This document shows, one piece after another, positions 6,685 through 8,391 of a DNA stretch of 8,391 nucleotides (position 1 is the stretch's first letter; each line of letters begins with the position of its first letter). The notes under the pieces were generated by a model. It worked only from the letters and a program-made list of their open reading frames with translations. It was not told where the DNA came from and searched no databases. The stretch is taken from NCBI GenBank assembly GCA_043228905.1, contig JBHGNT010001444.1:1-8391 (forward strand). Reading direction: 5' to 3'. This DNA is from Azolla caroliniana. Lineage: Eukaryota > Plantae > Polypodiophyta. Both the position numbers and the translations under genes were made by a program.

Positions 6685-8391
6685 CTATTATGCAGCACTA
6701 AACAAAGATCAATACTCAAGAAAACATGATTCCAACAACTTTCCAACCAAAAGTTGATCCAACATACCTCTTTAGACCAAGGTCCAATAGAGTATGTCCA
6801 GCCGAAATTCCTTGAGTTTCAACCCTCAGGACACCCTTCTTGTATGTGAAGAGATTAGGGTCAATAATTGCAGCTAGGCAGCCTGGATCATGGAGGAAAA
6901 TACCTAGAAAAAATTTAAAAGATGTACTAGAAATTATTAGAATTCATGAACAAGCTATAATTTCTTTTGACAAGGAATATTAGCAGTGAAACTTCCATAC
7001 CTTCCAAACCATCCGAGCTCAAGTGCCATTTTTTATAAAACGAGCATAACTCATAGATGAAATGTGCATGCTTTCCTTTTGAATCTCTAATTTCGATGAT
7101 ATCCAAATCTGGAGCATATATAAAACCACAAAAAGTATACATACATGTTTTTATAAAGATGATAGGGGAATAAGATCTACTCAAGATGAAAAATGTCACA
7201 GCCCAAAGATGTTAGGCAGTGGGATAAACATTCCTCTAAAGTAGAAATGTGTGCATAGCCTTCAAAACATTTACCGGTAAGTATGATTTGTGTGGTCAAG
7301 TTGATTCCAATGACCACAGTATCTGCCCCGCCAGTAAAGACTAAGTCAGCTGCTTCTGGATCGGCATAAATCTGCAATTGTATAACAATGTTCTGCTACC
7401 GCTGGACACAACCTCACTTATAACAGTCTACTAATAAGTGACAAATGAACATGTCAGAAAAGCGAGGGGTGCACTTCTTATGTTGCAAGCCTATGGTGAC
7501 TCAAAAGAAGCTTGCAATCTTGGAACGAGTAGTGATAACTTCACTGAGACGTTTCCCTTATCTAAGACTGACCTAACCCATGGTAGAACATCCATCCACA
7601 TTCTCCATCAATAAATCCACATTTTGATGCACAAGTAATCCATGCAATATTTGAAACTCGTCTATAAGCTTATAATGCATTCTCAGATAGATAAGGTTAT
7701 GTTCAACTAAAAACTGAGCCTGGATATATCTAGGAAATTGACACAATTTTCTGTATTTTTATCATTTGAGTGGTCCACAAGATTTTATTCAGGGAAACTG
7801 GTGATTGTTGCATGCAGCTTACATTTGCCTCTGCTGCTGGATTTACATTACCATCGGCGAAAAAGGATCCACCAAGCACAAAAAGCTTCTTTAAATTGGA
7901 CGCGAATGACTTGTCCTTTTGCATGGCCTACACATAGAAACAATAAAATGTGAACATTATGGTAGCTTTGTTTTATGCACGAAAAAAGAAAGGCTCTGAA
8001 TTCAATCTCTATAAATAAAGAACTTACTCCTGCAATGTTTGTTAGAGGTCCAAGAGCCAAAATGGTGATTTCATTTGGGAACTCTTTAGTTTTCTCTATT
8101 AGAAAATCAACAGCAGTTTTTTCGATCTTTTTAATTTTTGGTAATTGCGGGTTTGTATCACCTAATCCATCACTCCCATGTACATAGGAGGAGATGCAAG
8201 GTGCTCCACCCTACACTAGCAAAAAAACATGACATTTTATCCACATGCAACATCTACAGGAGTGTTCTTAAACATTTAAATGCTCGTAGCATAATGATGG
8301 TGATGGTACATATATAGATGATACTTTAATGACTCAAACTTCAAATTATTAAATGTACAATCAAGATTCATTACCTTCAATGGTTCAGACT
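6573..8391 (-). CDS. URH1: Uridine nucleosidase / nucleoside N-ribohydrolase (IU-NH family, URH1/NSH1-like), 3' portion; join(8375..>8391,8028..8210,7823..7927,7275..7371,7001..7108,6768..6903,6573..6684)
   Basis: Spliced product: SEPLK|GGAPCISSYVHGSDGLGD...TILALGPLTNIAG|AMQKDKSFAS...LGGSFFADGNVNPAAEAN|IYADPEAADLVFTGGAD...GINLTTQIILT|DLDIIEIRDSKGKH...FYKKWHLSSDGLE|GIFLHDP...FTYKKGVLRVETQGISAGHTLLDLGLK|RWNGSNPW...VSVGWTVN...RLKRHH*. The motifs VHGxDGLG, LGPLTN, GNVNPAAEANI and HDP are IU-NH hallmarks. WHxxSDG and KRWNGSNPW match the Arabidopsis URH1/NSH1 type. The N-terminal DTDPGIDD motif would lie beyond the right edge. Confidence 0.93.
6768..6903 (-). CDS. URH1: URH1/NSH1-like exon (GIFLHDP...VETQG...GLK)
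   Basis: Acceptor TTCTAG ending at 6904, donor AG|GTATGT at 6767; 136 nt = 2+44 codons+2. Not in the ORF track. Confidence 0.93.
7001..7108 (-). CDS. URH1: URH1/NSH1-like exon (DLDII...KGKH...WHLSSDGLE)
   Basis: Acceptor CTCCAG ending at 7109, donor G|GTATGG at 7000; 108 nt, phase 1/1. Confidence 0.92.
7275..7371 (-). CDS. URH1: URH1/NSH1-like exon (IYADPEAAD...QIILT)
   Basis: Acceptor TTGCAG ending at 7372, donor G|GTAAAT at 7274; 97 nt = 32 codons+1. Confidence 0.93.
7823..7927 (-). CDS. URH1: URH1/NSH1-like exon (AMQKD...GNVNPAAEAN)
   Basis: Acceptor GTGTAG ending at 7928, donor AAT|GTAAGC at 7822; 105 nt = 35 codons. Confidence 0.93.
8028..8210 (-). CDS. URH1: URH1/NSH1-like exon (VHGSDGLG ... 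LGPLTN)
   Basis: Acceptor GTGTAG ending at 8211, donor GGA|GTAAGT at 8027; 183 nt = 61 codons. Confidence 0.92.
8375..8391 (-). CDS. URH1: URH1/NSH1-like exon (partial, 3' end: SEPLK)
   Basis: AG TCT GAA CCA TTG AAG|GTAATG, donor at 8374; matches the conserved EG.SEPLK segment. Confidence 0.8.

Noticed and set aside
7738-8187. Plus-strand ORFs 7738..7953 and 7975..8187
   Set aside because: Antisense shadows of URH1-like exons with no independent evidence.
1-8391. Non-canonical (U12, GC-AG) introns, or a functional SMC5-URH1 gene cluster
   Set aside because: All ten introns are ordinary GT-AG without a U12 donor consensus. Adjacency of two plant housekeeping genes is not evidence of a shared system without synteny or co-expression data.

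Overview
AT-rich eukaryotic (land-plant-like) nuclear DNA with two intron-containing genes in tandem on the minus strand, both cut by the window edges. (1) The 5' part of SMC5 (SMC5/6 complex ATPase): five coding exons at 3219-3283 (or -3331), 598-775, 366-519, 189-262 and 1-77, with a 2.44-kb first intron. (2) The 3' part of a uridine/xanthosine-type nucleoside hydrolase (URH1/NSH1-like): seven coding exons from the right edge to a TAA at 6573-6575. All introns are GT-AG and the exon phases join in frame. The ~3.2-kb spacer holds the SMC5 promoter/leader (E2F-like site, candidate 20-aa uORF, (TGTA)9 microsatellite with an inverted partner) and a 472-bp non-autonomous hAT-like element (4880-5351; TIRs, 8-bp TSD, AACCG subterminal arrays), possibly nested in an older decayed element. 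Most ORF-track entries are exon fragments or noise. I see no solid evidence for a new biological system; the best leads are the divergent active-site loop of the nucleoside hydrolase, the SMC5 leader architecture and the hAT-like element.
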